From the IMG/VR virus record IMGVR_UViG_3300044922_000290, positions 1 to 64,000 of that record: DNA of 64,000 nucleotides; one strand, written 5' to 3'. The notes under the pieces were generated by a model, which ran no database searches, was not told the DNA's origin, and saw only the letters and a list, made by a program, of their open reading frames with translations. This DNA is from a virus. This document shows positions 29,474-39,991 of the stretch, piece by piece (positions within the stretch are counted from its first letter, which is position 1; each line of letters opens with the position of its first letter). Made by a program: the position numbers and the translations under genes.

Positions 29474-29857
29474 TTAATTATTACTTGTTGGTGAGTTCTC
29501 TTGTTTACCTCCTGAAGTAAGTCCTGATAGTTTATCATAATCTTGCTGTAAGTTATTAGCCAAACAATCTTCAAATACTTTTTGTAGTTGTTCTAGTTTA
29601 GATTTTAACCCAGTAACAGCTTGAAACTTTTTTTCAGAATATTGAGAAACTTTAGAACCATCTGGATTAACTAACACAGAATCAGGCTTATCTTCTTTTT
29701 TTATTTCTTTTTGTAAATTATCAATAGCACCTACTGCCTTAATAAGAATATTAGACCTACGTTCTATTTCCTGATTTACAAAATGGCTTATTAAAGAATC
29801 TTTGATTACTTCTGATTGTGTAGCCAATTTCTCTGCCACAGCTAGTTTAACATCCAT
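29474..29857 (-). CDS. Hypothetical coiled-coil protein
   Basis: 127-aa helical ORF. Confidence 0.6.
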   Translation of the reverse strand: MDVKLAVAEKLATQSEVIKDSLISHFVNQEIERRSNILIKAVGAIDNLQKEIKKEDKPDSVLVNPDGSKVSQYSEKKFQAVTGLKSKLEQLQKVFEDCLANNLQQDYDKLSGLTSGGKQENSPTSNN

Positions 29858-30120
29858 TATTGAATAAAGTTTACAAAGTTAATTAATTTACCTTTAAGAA
29901 ATTGAATCTCTTCATCTGTCCAAATAGATGTTTCTACTAACTGATTGTTACCTTTACCATCTTTCATCCAATACTTAAGTTTAATACCTAACGTAGTGTT
30001 AAGTACATCAACTGCCTGTAATAGATTTTCAGGTGTGTTTACGTTAGTAAATTTATCCAAACTTGGATCAAATTTTACATTCTCCTGTACTGGTTGTTCT
30101 GTTACTTGTGTTTCTTCCAT
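29857..30120 (-). CDS. Hypothetical protein
   Basis: ORF in operon. Confidence 0.6.
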   Translation of the reverse strand: MEETQVTEQPVQENVKFDPSLDKFTNVNTPENLLQAVDVLNTTLGIKLKYWMKDGKGNNQLVETSIWTDEEIQFLKGKLINFVNFIQ

Positions 30121-30129
30121 TTTTAATTG

Positions 30130-31221
30130 TTATTTATTTGTTAATGATTTTTTCCATTCTTTAAACTTAATATAATTTACTTCTTTTGGAGAAGGTAATT
30201 CAAAGAAATTACAACAATCGCCTACAAATCCTAAATCTAGATTAGTAGAACCTCTACCATTCCTGTTTAAGATTATAGAGAGCTCTCTGTAATTATCTCT
30301 CATTACATCTATGTTATACCCAGCATACTCAGCTAAATTGTATCTTACAGGCGAGAATAGGCCAATTAGCAAATTACAATCTCTGACTGTAGTCTTACAG
30401 TCTGCCAAACCATCTTGTGAAGGTCTTAGCTTTTCTACAATACTATCACCTTTAAAAGTAAACTGCTGCTGTTCTTGTGAACCTACTTGTTGCTGTATAT
30501 TAACTACTGTATAACCAAAATTATCTCTCATCTTTAACCCATAATTACTACTATAATCCTGCATAGCATCTCTTAGTGTACCCCCATTTTCTGTCCCTAA
30601 CAAACTTAAATGGTCAGTAATTACTATTACATATTCATCAGGATCATTGGGCTTATAAGTATCATAAATAGTAGTTGTAGGATCAACCTTTGAACCTTTG
30701 AAATAAAATGTACCATTTGCTTTTGCATATTCTCTTACATGTTTATAAATCCCTGTAGGATTTTTGATGTGTCCAATAACTTCAACTGTACTTTCAAATA
30801 ATTCAAAATATTCTTTCTCTGCTTCTATCTTTTTAATTACATCTTCATTTATAGTGTAATCTTTAAAGTAAGAATAGAGATTCTCTGGACTTACTGTAAT
30901 ATTATATACTTCATTAAGTCTTTTAGAAATAACTTGTAAACATAATTCCTCTTTACTAATCTCCAAAGAAAAGTAGAATATCTTAAGTTTAATATATGGA
31001 TTCTGTAATTTATACTTAAGTGGTTGATACATAAATAAAAAGTTGGCTATCATTGATTTACCTACCTTTGATGAAGCAGTAACTATAACCATTCTTTTCT
31101 TCTGTATTCCTGGAATTACGCTATTCAGTTTAGGCAAATCTAACCAAGGTATACCTAGTAGTTTACCTGATTCTTTAATCTCCTTATTCTTCTTTATTGT
31201 ATCTACTACTTCTTTAAACAT
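30130..31221 (-). CDS. DnaB-like replicative helicase
   Basis: Walker A ASSKVGKS, YFSLE, VITDHL, IQQQ and LNRNG motifs. Confidence 0.88.
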   Translation of the reverse strand: MFKEVVDTIKKNKEIKESGKLLGIPWLDLPKLNSVIPGIQKKRMVIVTASSKVGKSMIANFLFMYQPLKYKLQNPYIKLKIFYFSLEISKEELCLQVISKRLNEVYNITVSPENLYSYFKDYTINEDVIKKIEAEKEYFELFESTVEVIGHIKNPTGIYKHVREYAKANGTFYFKGSKVDPTTTIYDTYKPNDPDEYVIVITDHLSLLGTENGGTLRDAMQDYSSNYGLKMRDNFGYTVVNIQQQVGSQEQQQFTFKGDSIVEKLRPSQDGLADCKTTVRDCNLLIGLFSPVRYNLAEYAGYNIDVMRDNYRELSIILNRNGRGSTNLDLGFVGDCCNFFELPSPKEVNYIKFKEWKKSLTNK

Positions 31222-31730
31222 TATAGTCTGTCTTCTTCTACTTTATTAACAATAATATCATCTAAATACTTCTCATAAGTCCTTCTATTAAGCCAAGTAT
31301 TTACATCTTGCATAAAAGGTAAACTGTTACCAGCTCTTCTATAATCTAACTCTCTATCTAAAGCAGCTATTACTGTATCTTTATCAGCAGGAAGCTTTTC
31401 AAACTTCTTTCTGCATTCTTCAGCTTCTTTAGTATCTAGTCCTTTAGATTTAAGTATTCTATAACCTGGCCCTCTACCATTAGGTACTTTAATAGGATAT
31501 TTAGTCCAGAATAAAGCAAACTTATCTCCTTTATCAAAGAATAGGTCTAAAGCTTTTTCACGAAGAATTATTCCTTCAGTAAGTACCTTTATGTAACCTT
31601 TTTCTTCTAATCTTGAACTAGACCAATCTAATACATATCCTTCTGTATCTTGATTGTTAGCTCTCAAAAAGAGATAAGAATAGTCATCAGGACTTATTCC
31701 TAAGTCTCTTACTTTATGTAATATGTCCAT
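31221..31730 (-). CDS. Putative replication initiator / helicase-loader-like protein
   Basis: FALFWTKYP...TWLNRRTYE pattern; directly upstream of the helicase. Confidence 0.55.
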   Translation of the reverse strand: MDILHKVRDLGISPDDYSYLFLRANNQDTEGYVLDWSSSRLEEKGYIKVLTEGIILREKALDLFFDKGDKFALFWTKYPIKVPNGRGPGYRILKSKGLDTKEAEECRKKFEKLPADKDTVIAALDRELDYRRAGNSLPFMQDVNTWLNRRTYEKYLDDIIVNKVEEDRL

Positions 31731-31732
31731 AT

Positions 31733-32047
31733 TTACTTACTTTTAAGATAACTTACAACACATTGCCATACTGCTAAGATAGGATTGTCGTTAGAGGCTT
31801 GTTCTGAATTGGTTTGGTCGTCAAGCATTGAAAAGTCCCATTTGCCCTTAACTATGCTGCCAAAGAAATGACTTGGCGCAAAATGACAACAACTGCTGTT
31901 CTCGTCAAGTATCTTCATTAAGACAGGCATTAGCCTATCCCAACTTTCGTGATATTTTGGCAAAACTCCCCTGTGTTTTATTTCAGGATTTAATCCCTCG
32001 TATTGAAGGATTAATTTATTACCCTCAATTATTTGTTGTTCCATCAA
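31733..32047 (-). CDS. Hypothetical phage protein
   Basis: KYHESWDRLMPV motif. Confidence 0.55.
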   Translation of the reverse strand: MMEQQIIEGNKLILQYEGLNPEIKHRGVLPKYHESWDRLMPVLMKILDENSSCCHFAPSHFFGSIVKGKWDFSMLDDQTNSEQASNDNPILAVWQCVVSYLKSK

Positions 32048-32247
32048 AATAAATCTTTTTTCTTTTTAAATAAATCCTTGAAATAGAACTTACCTATATT
32101 ATAACCTACATATACATTAGGTATCTTGTCGTATCTTTTCAGATATTTGACATAAATACCACCTTCATCTTTACCTATTTCGTATATCCAAAAGTGCCAT
32201 TCTTTCCATAGCAAATATACAAAAATTGCTCCTACTATCCAAATCAT
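32044..32247 (-). CDS. Small membrane protein
   Basis: Hydrophobic N-terminus. Confidence 0.5.
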   Translation of the reverse strand: MIWIVGAIFVYLLWKEWHFWIYEIGKDEGGIYVKYLKRYDKIPNVYVGYNIGKFYFKDLFKKKKDLF

Positions 32248-32669
32248 ACTATCAATTTATCTAATTCATCTAACAACTCTATTGACTTGGTTTCCAATGC
32301 TTTATTAGTAATAAATAAGTTTTCATAAGCTTCCCAAGAATGGTCAGCCAAACAATGAGATTTACCAATTAACCTCATTACTTCATTGTTACTTGAAACT
32401 TTACTTCCAAAAGCATTACCTGCTGGAAGTTGCATTTTAGCTGAAATACCTTTCTTAACTAATAAAGCTCTGAATAACCAAACATATTGTTGTCTTATCT
32501 GTACTACCTCTCTCTTTCTTGTAGAAGATTTCAGAGTATCTATAGAAACATTATTCTTGGCACAAACAAACCTTAATACAGTACTTGCATTAATGTGGCC
32601 TGTCTTTGCACCATAAGTAAAAGAACTTCTATATACATCATTTAACCCTACAAATATCTCATACTTCAT
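32244..32669 (-). CDS. DnaA C-terminal-like DNA-binding protein
   Basis: VCAKNNVSIDTLKSSTRKREVVQIRQQYVW resembles DnaA domain IV. Confidence 0.55.
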   Translation of the reverse strand: MKYEIFVGLNDVYRSSFTYGAKTGHINASTVLRFVCAKNNVSIDTLKSSTRKREVVQIRQQYVWLFRALLVKKGISAKMQLPAGNAFGSKVSSNNEVMRLIGKSHCLADHSWEAYENLFITNKALETKSIELLDELDKLIV

Positions 32670-32992
32670 ATTTTGCTTAAAATTTCATTAACTTTTTCTT
32701 CATTGCACATATGCCAACAATTTATCATATTTCTTTTTTGGCACTCCAAAGAATAACTATCCTCAATTTGATCCCCAACTCCACCATTAATTATTAAATT
32801 GTAGTTTCCAAAGTACCTGTCTTCTACAGGAATAGGTCTGGGATTTTTAGGGTGGGTTATAAAAGAATACATTCTTTTAAAAATAAATATAGAGTTACCA
32901 TTTAACTCTACGCTAGTTATATAAAACAAAGGCTCATCCTCTAATGGTATACAGCTAGTAAAAGGATAAAAAGTTAAATCTTTGACTGTCAT
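32666..32992 (-). CDS. Hypothetical protein
   Basis: ORF in operon. Confidence 0.5.
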   Translation of the reverse strand: MTVKDLTFYPFTSCIPLEDEPLFYITSVELNGNSIFIFKRMYSFITHPKNPRPIPVEDRYFGNYNLIINGGVGDQIEDSYSLECQKRNMINCWHMCNEEKVNEILSKI

Positions 32993-33213
32993 AACCTGTT
33001 ATAAATTAATCTTAAATCTTCTTCATCTTCTTCTACTGTAGGCTCTAATACCTGTTGTAGTTCTTCTTTTGTAACTTCCTTATCAAATACTGTCCTGAAA
33101 TACAAAACCAGAGACTCCACATTATTAGTAATCTCTGGTTTACGTAAACTTGCTAAACTATGTAATGCTAAGATTTCTTCTCTTTGCATATTTCTATTAA
33201 TTTTACTAAACAA
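32989..33213 (-). CDS. Hypothetical protein
   Basis: ORF in operon; real start may be the second Met. Confidence 0.5.
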   Translation of the reverse strand: MFSKINRNMQREEILALHSLASLRKPEITNNVESLVLYFRTVFDKEVTKEELQQVLEPTVEEDEEDLRLIYNRL

Positions 33214-33665
33214 GCTAATTGAGCTTCTTCGTAAGTTTTAAGAGTATCACTCTCTAAACAATCTAATTCTCCTTCCTTTTTTGGATTATTTAAATTATTA
33301 ATAGAAAACCTATAATCACGATATACATTAGCCCAATAAACTGAGTTTTCTAATTTATATTTTTTTCTAAAGAAATCAAACGCTTGTTGCCAAAGTGGTG
33401 CAGCAGTAAAAGGATTATCTAAAAAGAATTTCAACAACATAGGATTATGTGCAGCCTGAAAATTTGCAGGATTGTTCAAATCACTATTATAAATCCACTC
33501 TTTAGTATCTTCTATATAAGGAAGATTATCTGCATACTCGCTTTTAGGGTAGTCAAAAGGATTTCTTAGTCTTCCTTCATTATCATAGGTAGTAAAACAA
33601 GGTTCGTTAAAACCTAATTCTTTTAAAGCTACTGCAATCTCATAAGGTACAAAATTATTTTCCAT
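33168..33665 (-). CDS. Conserved phage hypothetical protein
   Basis: FVPYEIAVALKELGFNEPC...APLWQQAFDFFR...TYEEAQLACL pattern. Confidence 0.65.
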   Translation of the reverse strand: MENNFVPYEIAVALKELGFNEPCFTTYDNEGRLRNPFDYPKSEYADNLPYIEDTKEWIYNSDLNNPANFQAAHNPMLLKFFLDNPFTAAPLWQQAFDFFRKKYKLENSVYWANVYRDYRFSINNLNNPKKEGELDCLESDTLKTYEEAQLACLVKLIEICKEKKS

Positions 33666-33791
33666 TAACTACAGGTTTAGGTGTACATACATGACCATCA
33701 CTCCATTTAATACCTGGAGGAGGAGTTGTTTCTGGTGAAGTATATTTAGTACCACAACCACTACATATAAATTGATTCATATTATTAGTTT

Positions 33792-34043
33792 TTAAAATTC
33801 ATATTCAGGTTTCCACGTATAAGAATGTAACTTATAATCTCTACCAAACTTACTTGGCATATCCTTACTTATAAATACAGGCTCTTTCAATTCTTCAGGA
33901 GGATAAGTAGATACACCTTTCTCACCTACTACATTAACTTGTAAAGTAGTATTGTTTTTAATAGCATCTTCTACATCATAACTACGAATATCTATACAAC
34001 CTCTAAATATCTTTTTTACTGTTAATGTTTTCATATTATTCAC
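33792..34043 (-). CDS. Hypothetical protein
   Basis: ORF in operon. Confidence 0.55.
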   Translation of the reverse strand: MNNMKTLTVKKIFRGCIDIRSYDVEDAIKNNTTLQVNVVGEKGVSTYPPEELKEPVFISKDMPSKFGRDYKLHSYTWKPEYEF

Positions 34044-34332
34044 TTAACCATTTAAATAATTCTTTGTATGTATCAAATTCGTATACTTTAACTTCTGAGT
34101 TAACTAAAGAAGTTACTAATTCAGAAAGAGATTCAGTAGTTTCTGCGTAGTAACCATTACCCGCTGTAACCCCATATGTACATAAAACTATATAATCTCC
34201 TGACTCATATTCACTTCTGGTTATAAACCCCCTATCTCCAGCATTATCAAGAACTCCATAATATTTATTTGGAGAAACTTTTGAAGCTTCTATTGTTTTT
34301 AGTTTAGTTTTTACTGTTATTACTTCTTTCAT
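34036..34332 (-). CDS. Hypothetical protein
   Basis: ORF in operon. Confidence 0.55.
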   Translation of the reverse strand: MKEVITVKTKLKTIEASKVSPNKYYGVLDNAGDRGFITRSEYESGDYIVLCTYGVTAGNGYYAETTESLSELVTSLVNSEVKVYEFDTYKELFKWLSE

Positions 34333-34333
34333 T

Positions 34334-35362
34334 TTAGATATATTTTATACGTTTTGAATCTACCCCCTGAAGGGCGCTAGCTAACCAAACTTCATCTTGA
34401 GTATCTTTAGCTACTGTAATGTAAATCTGAGCTTTCTTATCTCCTTCAAGATTACAAGTCCTTAGTATTTTCTGTACTTGCAATTCTTCATTAGATTGTA
34501 TTTGGTGTATTACAGCATGTTTTAGTCCTACTCCTGTAAAACCCATACTCAACATGCCAATACAACTTAGTTTATTTACTTTCTTTTTTTGAAATAACTC
34601 TAAACTATCTTCTTTAGATTTACTATGATAAGAATGTTTACAGAGTTTATCAGCTACTTCAGTTAGTGTAGTAAATACTAATACTCTCTTTAAAGGCTTT
34701 ATAAGGTTCTGTGCTGCTTTTAATTTACTTTCTAATCTATAGATATACTGAGCTCTTTTTAATGCAGCATTGTTCTTTACATGCACATATTTAGCATCAG
34801 AGAATGATAGCATTTTAAAGTATTCAAAAGTTTTAGTAAGTTTATTGTAAGCTGTTCTTTCTTCAGGAGTTAATGTAACTTCTTTTATGAATATTTCATA
34901 GTCACTTATAATGTTGTGGTCTATGGCTTGCTCTATACTATAATCATACTTAACAGTTAGCCCTAGTTCTTGCCTTATTTTCTGTTTATTCTTATTACCC
35001 AAAGTACCTGTTGCACCAACAATTCTCTTTGGTTTTCTACTTTTAATGACTTTATACTGATTATCTGAAATCTGATGGCACTCATCTATTATGAGTAAAT
35101 CTAAATCCATTGGAAGCTCTTCTGAAGACCTTATATTAAGTAATGTAGGAGTAAATCCTAAATCCCATTTAAGTATTTCAGCTCTCCAGGAATCTAAGAT
35201 AGAATTAAAAGGAGCTACAACAGCTATCTTTTTATCTTCTTTACCTCGTATAGAATCTATTAAAAGCTTTGTCTTTCCTACTCTACAAGCTACTACTATC
35301 AAACAATTATAATTATTATCTTTAATAGCCTGAACAGCTTCTGCTTGAATTTTATTCCTCAT
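34334..35362 (-). CDS. Superfamily 2 DExH helicase
   Basis: RVGKT, IIDECH, GATGT and QKILR motifs. Confidence 0.85.
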   Translation of the reverse strand: MRNKIQAEAVQAIKDNNYNCLIVVACRVGKTKLLIDSIRGKEDKKIAVVAPFNSILDSWRAEILKWDLGFTPTLLNIRSSEELPMDLDLLIIDECHQISDNQYKVIKSRKPKRIVGATGTLGNKNKQKIRQELGLTVKYDYSIEQAIDHNIISDYEIFIKEVTLTPEERTAYNKLTKTFEYFKMLSFSDAKYVHVKNNAALKRAQYIYRLESKLKAAQNLIKPLKRVLVFTTLTEVADKLCKHSYHSKSKEDSLELFQKKKVNKLSCIGMLSMGFTGVGLKHAVIHQIQSNEELQVQKILRTCNLEGDKKAQIYITVAKDTQDEVWLASALQGVDSKRIKYI

Positions 35363-35551
35363 TTCCTAAACTACAGTGTTTTGCTTTATTTTTTCTTTTT
35401 TATATTCATACCTACTACACTCAAGCCAATTATCTGTTATATTTTCTTTTCCATTCAAGGTTTTATATAATCTAACAGTTGGGCAAGGATTAGGTTTTTC
35501 TTTGATTATTTCACAAAGAGGTTGATTGTCTTTTATTGTACTCATGTTTAG

Positions 35552-37387
35552 TTATTTTTCCCAGTAGTCCGAAATCTTGCAATCTACTTCAAAGGGTACA
35601 TTTTTTACAATTGCTTCAGCAGCTTCAATCATTAACTTATTAAGAACTTCTTTCCATTCTTCTGCTTTTTCTGCAATAACTTCTGTTTGTATCTCATCAT
35701 AAACAGATAGCAATATATAAGCTGGGTAGTTGTTACTATCTATATATTCCTGTATTTTTATTAAAGCAAGTTTGATAGCATCCGCATTTGCACCTTGGAT
35801 AGGTGTGTTCATTGATGCTCTTTCTATTTCACCTTGCCTTGTAAAGTTATTTTTATCTTGCCAGCCTTCAAACCACCTTACTCTTCTAAATGGAGCAGGA
35901 GTTCTTATGTAACCTCTTGTTTTACCAAGAGTACCTAGCATTTTAAGAAATTTATCTACACCAGGAACAATCTTAAAAAACTTTTTAATAATCTTATCAG
36001 CTTGGTCTACAGATATTTGCATAGTATCTGCCAACTTAAATTTTGACATGCCATATGCTAATCCAAAGTTTACAGTCTTCTGCACATCTCTGTATGTAAC
36101 ACCAGGTTTAAAAGGAGTTTCTTTCTTTACATCAGTAATAGGTATATCAAAAGTAGCTGCACAAAGAACACTATGTAAATCTTCTTTATTCTTAAAAGAG
36201 TTAACCCATAAAGGGTCTTCACTAAATTCAGCTATAATTCTTAATTCGGCTCCTGAGAAATCTCCACCAACTATTTTATACCCGTCTCTAGGTATAAAGC
36301 AACTTCTAATCTTTTTTGCTAATTCTCCTTTACTTGGTATTTGATTAAGATTAGGCTCACTTACTGAAATTCTGCCAGTTGATAGAAGTTGCCATATGTT
36401 ACAATGTATTCTACCTGTCTTTTTGTTTATAAACTTAAGAAAATCTCTACCAAAAGAAGAAGCCAGCTTATTGTTTTTGTTGTATTCAATAAGCTTTGCT
36501 ATAATAGGATGATTACTTTTATTTGTTTGTAAAAACCTATCACCTGTTGTATCAGTAGCAAAGCCTAACTTTCTTACTATTTCTAGTTTCTGCTTTGCTG
36601 AAGCCCAATTTATATCAAGTGTCCTTTCTTCAAAGCCAAATAAGTTACCTTGAGTATATCTAGGTACATAAGATTTAAGTTTTGGTTCAGCCATAAGTAA
36701 AGTATCTAATTCTTCCTCACCTTGTTTAGTAAGAGCTTCAGTTACTTCACATACTTCCAGCCATTTCTTTTCATCTAACCTAATTCCGTTAAATTCTAAC
36801 TTGGCAAACACTTTAGTAACTTCATTTTCTAGCCATACAAGATTGCCTAAATCCCATTTTTCTAGTTCTACAAGTTGTTTATCTCTAATATCTTGTAACA
36901 AGAGAACATCTTTAGCTGCATATTCTATTACCCTATCACTAAGTTTCTCTGAATGTATTACACCTCGTATAGATTTATCTAATACAGTTGTAGTATATTT
37001 TAAAGCTAATGCAGCTAATCCTAATGCTCTATCTTCTATACCTGTTGTAAGTATACATTCAGCCAGGAATGTATCGTAGAGTATTGTAGGATATATACCA
37101 ACGCTATAAAAGAATTTTAAATCATACTTGGCATTTTGTAGAAGTAAGAACTTGTTTTCTAACAGGTCTTTAAACAACCTAATATCATTACAAGTACAAT
37201 CTATGACATATTGATTATATCTATCACCCAACTGTAAAGTAAGTACATAGCCATCTATAAATCCACCTACAGTTTCTGTGTCAACTTGTACTTCAAACTT
37301 ATCCTCAAAATAATCCAATACATCTTGACAAGTAGCTAATTTATAGGTATCTGTATCAAACAATCTATTACTTACTAAGTATATCAT
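35552..37387 (-). CDS. polA: DNA polymerase family A with 3'-5' exonuclease
   Basis: VDTET, QNAKYD, TGRISVSEPNLNQIP, DFSGAELR, KTVNFGLAYG, NTPIQG and VYDE. Start placed at MIYLV (37387), which overlaps the upstream TGA as ATGA. Confidence 0.95.
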   Translation of the reverse strand: MIYLVSNRLFDTDTYKLATCQDVLDYFEDKFEVQVDTETVGGFIDGYVLTLQLGDRYNQYVIDCTCNDIRLFKDLLENKFLLLQNAKYDLKFFYSVGIYPTILYDTFLAECILTTGIEDRALGLAALALKYTTTVLDKSIRGVIHSEKLSDRVIEYAAKDVLLLQDIRDKQLVELEKWDLGNLVWLENEVTKVFAKLEFNGIRLDEKKWLEVCEVTEALTKQGEEELDTLLMAEPKLKSYVPRYTQGNLFGFEERTLDINWASAKQKLEIVRKLGFATDTTGDRFLQTNKSNHPIIAKLIEYNKNNKLASSFGRDFLKFINKKTGRIHCNIWQLLSTGRISVSEPNLNQIPSKGELAKKIRSCFIPRDGYKIVGGDFSGAELRIIAEFSEDPLWVNSFKNKEDLHSVLCAATFDIPITDVKKETPFKPGVTYRDVQKTVNFGLAYGMSKFKLADTMQISVDQADKIIKKFFKIVPGVDKFLKMLGTLGKTRGYIRTPAPFRRVRWFEGWQDKNNFTRQGEIERASMNTPIQGANADAIKLALIKIQEYIDSNNYPAYILLSVYDEIQTEVIAEKAEEWKEVLNKLMIEAAEAIVKNVPFEVDCKISDYWEK

Positions 37388-37596
37388 ACACTTCCATTTA
37401 TTATATAAGGTATAGCAGCAGCAAGAAAAGTTCCTAAAATGACTACTATTATAGCTCCTGCTGACCAAGATAATATAGCATCATCAGTAGCAAACCAAGA
37501 CCGCATTACAAACCTACCTATCCAATAAGGTACAAATATAATAGCAGCTATACTGACTATTACAATTATCGTTCTTTCTATCATAACTTTAAACAT
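37384..37596 (-). CDS. Small two-TM membrane protein
   Basis: Two hydrophobic stretches. Confidence 0.55.
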   Translation of the reverse strand: MFKVMIERTIIVIVSIAAIIFVPYWIGRFVMRSWFATDDAILSWSAGAIIVVILGTFLAAAIPYIINGSV

Positions 37597-37868
37597 TTAT
37601 TACAGTAATACTTTTCTCCTTCTTCTAATGGTTCCCCATTAAACCTTTTACTACACCATTCGCATTGTAAAGGCTTTAATTTGATTCCAAGATGTTCTTC
37701 AGTATTCTTATCCCAATGTTCCAATAAAGTCTTTCTAAGCTCTTGTATTTGCCTTACAATTAATAATTCAGAAGGAGTAAAGCTAGACATATTAAATGTT
37801 AATCCAGATACTCTAGCTTTAGACCAATTTCTTTCTCTTGCTTTACTCATCTTTAAGCATTTCATCAA
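37581..37868 (-). CDS. Hypothetical protein with C-terminal Zn-finger
   Basis: CEWC...CNKC. Confidence 0.55.
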   Translation of the reverse strand: MMKCLKMSKARERNWSKARVSGLTFNMSSFTPSELLIVRQIQELRKTLLEHWDKNTEEHLGIKLKPLQCEWCSKRFNGEPLEEGEKYYCNKCLKL

Positions 37869-38089
37869 AACCTACTCCACCATTACCTTTCCACCAAGTT
37901 TCTTCTAATTTCTTTTTAACAAGAGTTCTTAGACTTTCCATAGTATGGTCATGTGCAATTAATTCCTTAACTGCATTAAGTATTTCTTCAGTTGTTTTTT
38001 CTATCATTTCTCTTCTTTTAAAATTATAAATATTGTAGGTAATACTACAAATATAAATATACAAGCACCTAGTAGTAGTATTTTCATTC

Positions 38090-38281
38090 TTAAACTTTAT
38101 TTAACTGTGACTCTTTGTCCATTGTGCTATTGTAACTTTTAACAAGTTTTTCAGCAAATTGTAAATCTGTTGTTGTTAAAATTAAGTTTCTATTTTGCAA
38201 AATTTCTCCTCTGTGTATTTCATATTGTGTCGGATACTTACGTTTAAGTAAGATAAGAATATCTTTAGTGTGCGGTTGCAT
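38090..38281 (-). CDS. Hypothetical protein
   Basis: ORF in operon. Confidence 0.5.
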   Translation of the reverse strand: MQPHTKDILILLKRKYPTQYEIHRGEILQNRNLILTTTDLQFAEKLVKSYNSTMDKESQLNKV

Positions 38282-38283
38282 TG

Positions 38284-38484
38284 TTATTCTAATGGTTTAA
38301 AATTAGCTTCTATTATAGCATACAATGTTCTGTATATTACAATAACAGGTAGGCAAATTAGGTATATAATTATAGGAAATATGTGTGTAGGTTTTATTTT
38401 TTCGCCCCTATTAGCTAATGGTCTTATACACCATCCATAAATTATAAATACAATAGCAGTTAATATTATTTTTGTTAGTGTCAT
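38284..38484 (-). CDS. Small membrane protein
   Basis: Two hydrophobic segments. Confidence 0.5.
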   Translation of the reverse strand: MTLTKIILTAIVFIIYGWCIRPLANRGEKIKPTHIFPIIIYLICLPVIVIYRTLYAIIEANFKPLE

Positions 38485-38657
38485 ATTTTTATTTGTTAAA
38501 GTTGGTTAAAATTATATGTTTATTTCTAAAAATGTAAGGTCTGCCCTAATGCTTGCATCGGTTTTATAGGGTAGTTTCCATCCGTCAAAGACTATACAGG
38601 TGTTCCACCAACTTATCGGTGCAAAACATATAAATCTTATGTAAAATCTTGGTTTCA

Positions 38658-38939
38658 TTATTTGGTGTTAGAGTTGGTTTCGTAGTGTTTATATAATTCA
38701 GCACGCTTGTACTGCACTTGTGTATCTATGTGTGTAAAAAAATCATTACCATTGGAGTAAAAATTATCTTCTACCCATTTTATAGCATTTAAAACCTCTT
38801 GCTCTATCTGTTCACGCTCTTTGGGGAGTAACTCTGTAAGCATTTCTATTACCTCATCATAGGTAACGTAATCTTTATTCTTATCATTTTCTTTTGCTGT
38901 TTTTGCATTTGCTATAGCTTCCTGTAACGCTGTTTCCAT
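38658..38939 (-). CDS. Hypothetical protein
   Basis: METALQ...LLPKEREQI pattern. Confidence 0.55.
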   Translation of the reverse strand: METALQEAIANAKTAKENDKNKDYVTYDEVIEMLTELLPKEREQIEQEVLNAIKWVEDNFYSNGNDFFTHIDTQVQYKRAELYKHYETNSNTK

Positions 38940-38940
38940 G

Positions 38941-39339
38941 TTAGTTAGATTTGGTAATTAGTTCTGTTCCTGTAAGGGTGAAGTATAGGTTTTGAAGTTG
39001 GTGTAAGTACTTATAGTTTAATGGTTTCCCAAAATCAACACTTAATAATCCATCATCAAAAGTTACAATTAACATTCCATTGCCTATTGAGTAAGACGAC
39101 TGTTTAAATCCATCTTTTTTATCGGTAATTTTCTCAAACCCCGACCTTAGTAGTATATCTTCTGTAAGGGGGATAGGTTGATACCAAGCAACCGTATTTT
39201 TACCGTTTACTATCAGTTCGTGTTCAATGCTTTCTACCTTGCATATATCAAAATGCTCTTTTTCATCGGGCGTACCAGGTACTCTTGTGTAATAGTGATG
39301 GTAAATTAAATTACCAATTCTAAGTTCTTTCGCTGTCAT
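38941..39339 (-). CDS. Conserved Bacteroidota-phage hypothetical protein
   Basis: ELRIGN...PIPLTEDIL...YLHQLQNLYFTLTGTEL signature. Confidence 0.7.
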   Translation of the reverse strand: MTAKELRIGNLIYHHYYTRVPGTPDEKEHFDICKVESIEHELIVNGKNTVAWYQPIPLTEDILLRSGFEKITDKKDGFKQSSYSIGNGMLIVTFDDGLLSVDFGKPLNYKYLHQLQNLYFTLTGTELITKSN

Positions 39340-39350
39340 TTCTTCTATCT

Positions 39351-39710
39351 TTAAAACTTGTTAATACTTAGGTATTGCTTGATGGCTTCGGCTGCTTTTT
39401 GGGCTTCATGTTCTGTTTTAAAGCAGTTACCAGCTAATATTCTTGGGTTGTCTAAATCGTGGTGAGTATAATTTGTTTTCCTAACCTTAAACCAATCATT
39501 TATATAGTAATAATCCTCAAGTAATTTTGGTTGCCACCTCTGCTCTGTTTCAATTGGTGCTTGCTCTGTTGTATCAATAGGCTGATAGGTTTCTTGTCCT
39601 TTAGAAAAGTATAAGTCCTCTAATCTTTTAAGCCTTTCATTCATATCGGATATTAGACATTCTACTTGCGTTAATAATTTAGCATTATCCTGTTCTATTA
39701 AGTCAGTCAT
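39351..39710 (-). CDS. Hypothetical phage protein
   Basis: WQPK...YYYI...GNCFKTEHEA pattern. Confidence 0.6.
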   Translation of the reverse strand: MTDLIEQDNAKLLTQVECLISDMNERLKRLEDLYFSKGQETYQPIDTTEQAPIETEQRWQPKLLEDYYYINDWFKVRKTNYTHHDLDNPRILAGNCFKTEHEAQKAAEAIKQYLSINKF

Positions 39711-39981
39711 TTGATGTGGGTTTAAGGGTTTGTAGTTCGGTTAGAAGTTCTAAGTATAAATCATAGTTTACTAAAAAACTTGGCAATATTTCTATTCTTG
39801 CTGCTATATCCTCTATTGGTTTCATTTTACTTTTCAGCAATCGCTCTACTGCTTGCTTATAGGCTGTTGCGCCATCAATAAAACCGTGTGTATAGGTTAT
39901 TTTATGTGGCGGGGTATATGTTGCTTCTTGAAACTCGCTTGACTTTTCAGCTTCTTGCTGCCATTCTTTCGGTAGTGTCAT
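39703..39981 (-). CDS. Hypothetical protein
   Basis: ORF with GFIDGA motif. Confidence 0.5.
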   Translation of the reverse strand: MTLPKEWQQEAEKSSEFQEATYTPPHKITYTHGFIDGATAYKQAVERLLKSKMKPIEDIAARIEILPSFLVNYDLYLELLTELQTLKPTSND

Positions 39982-39991
39982 GGTGTTTGTT

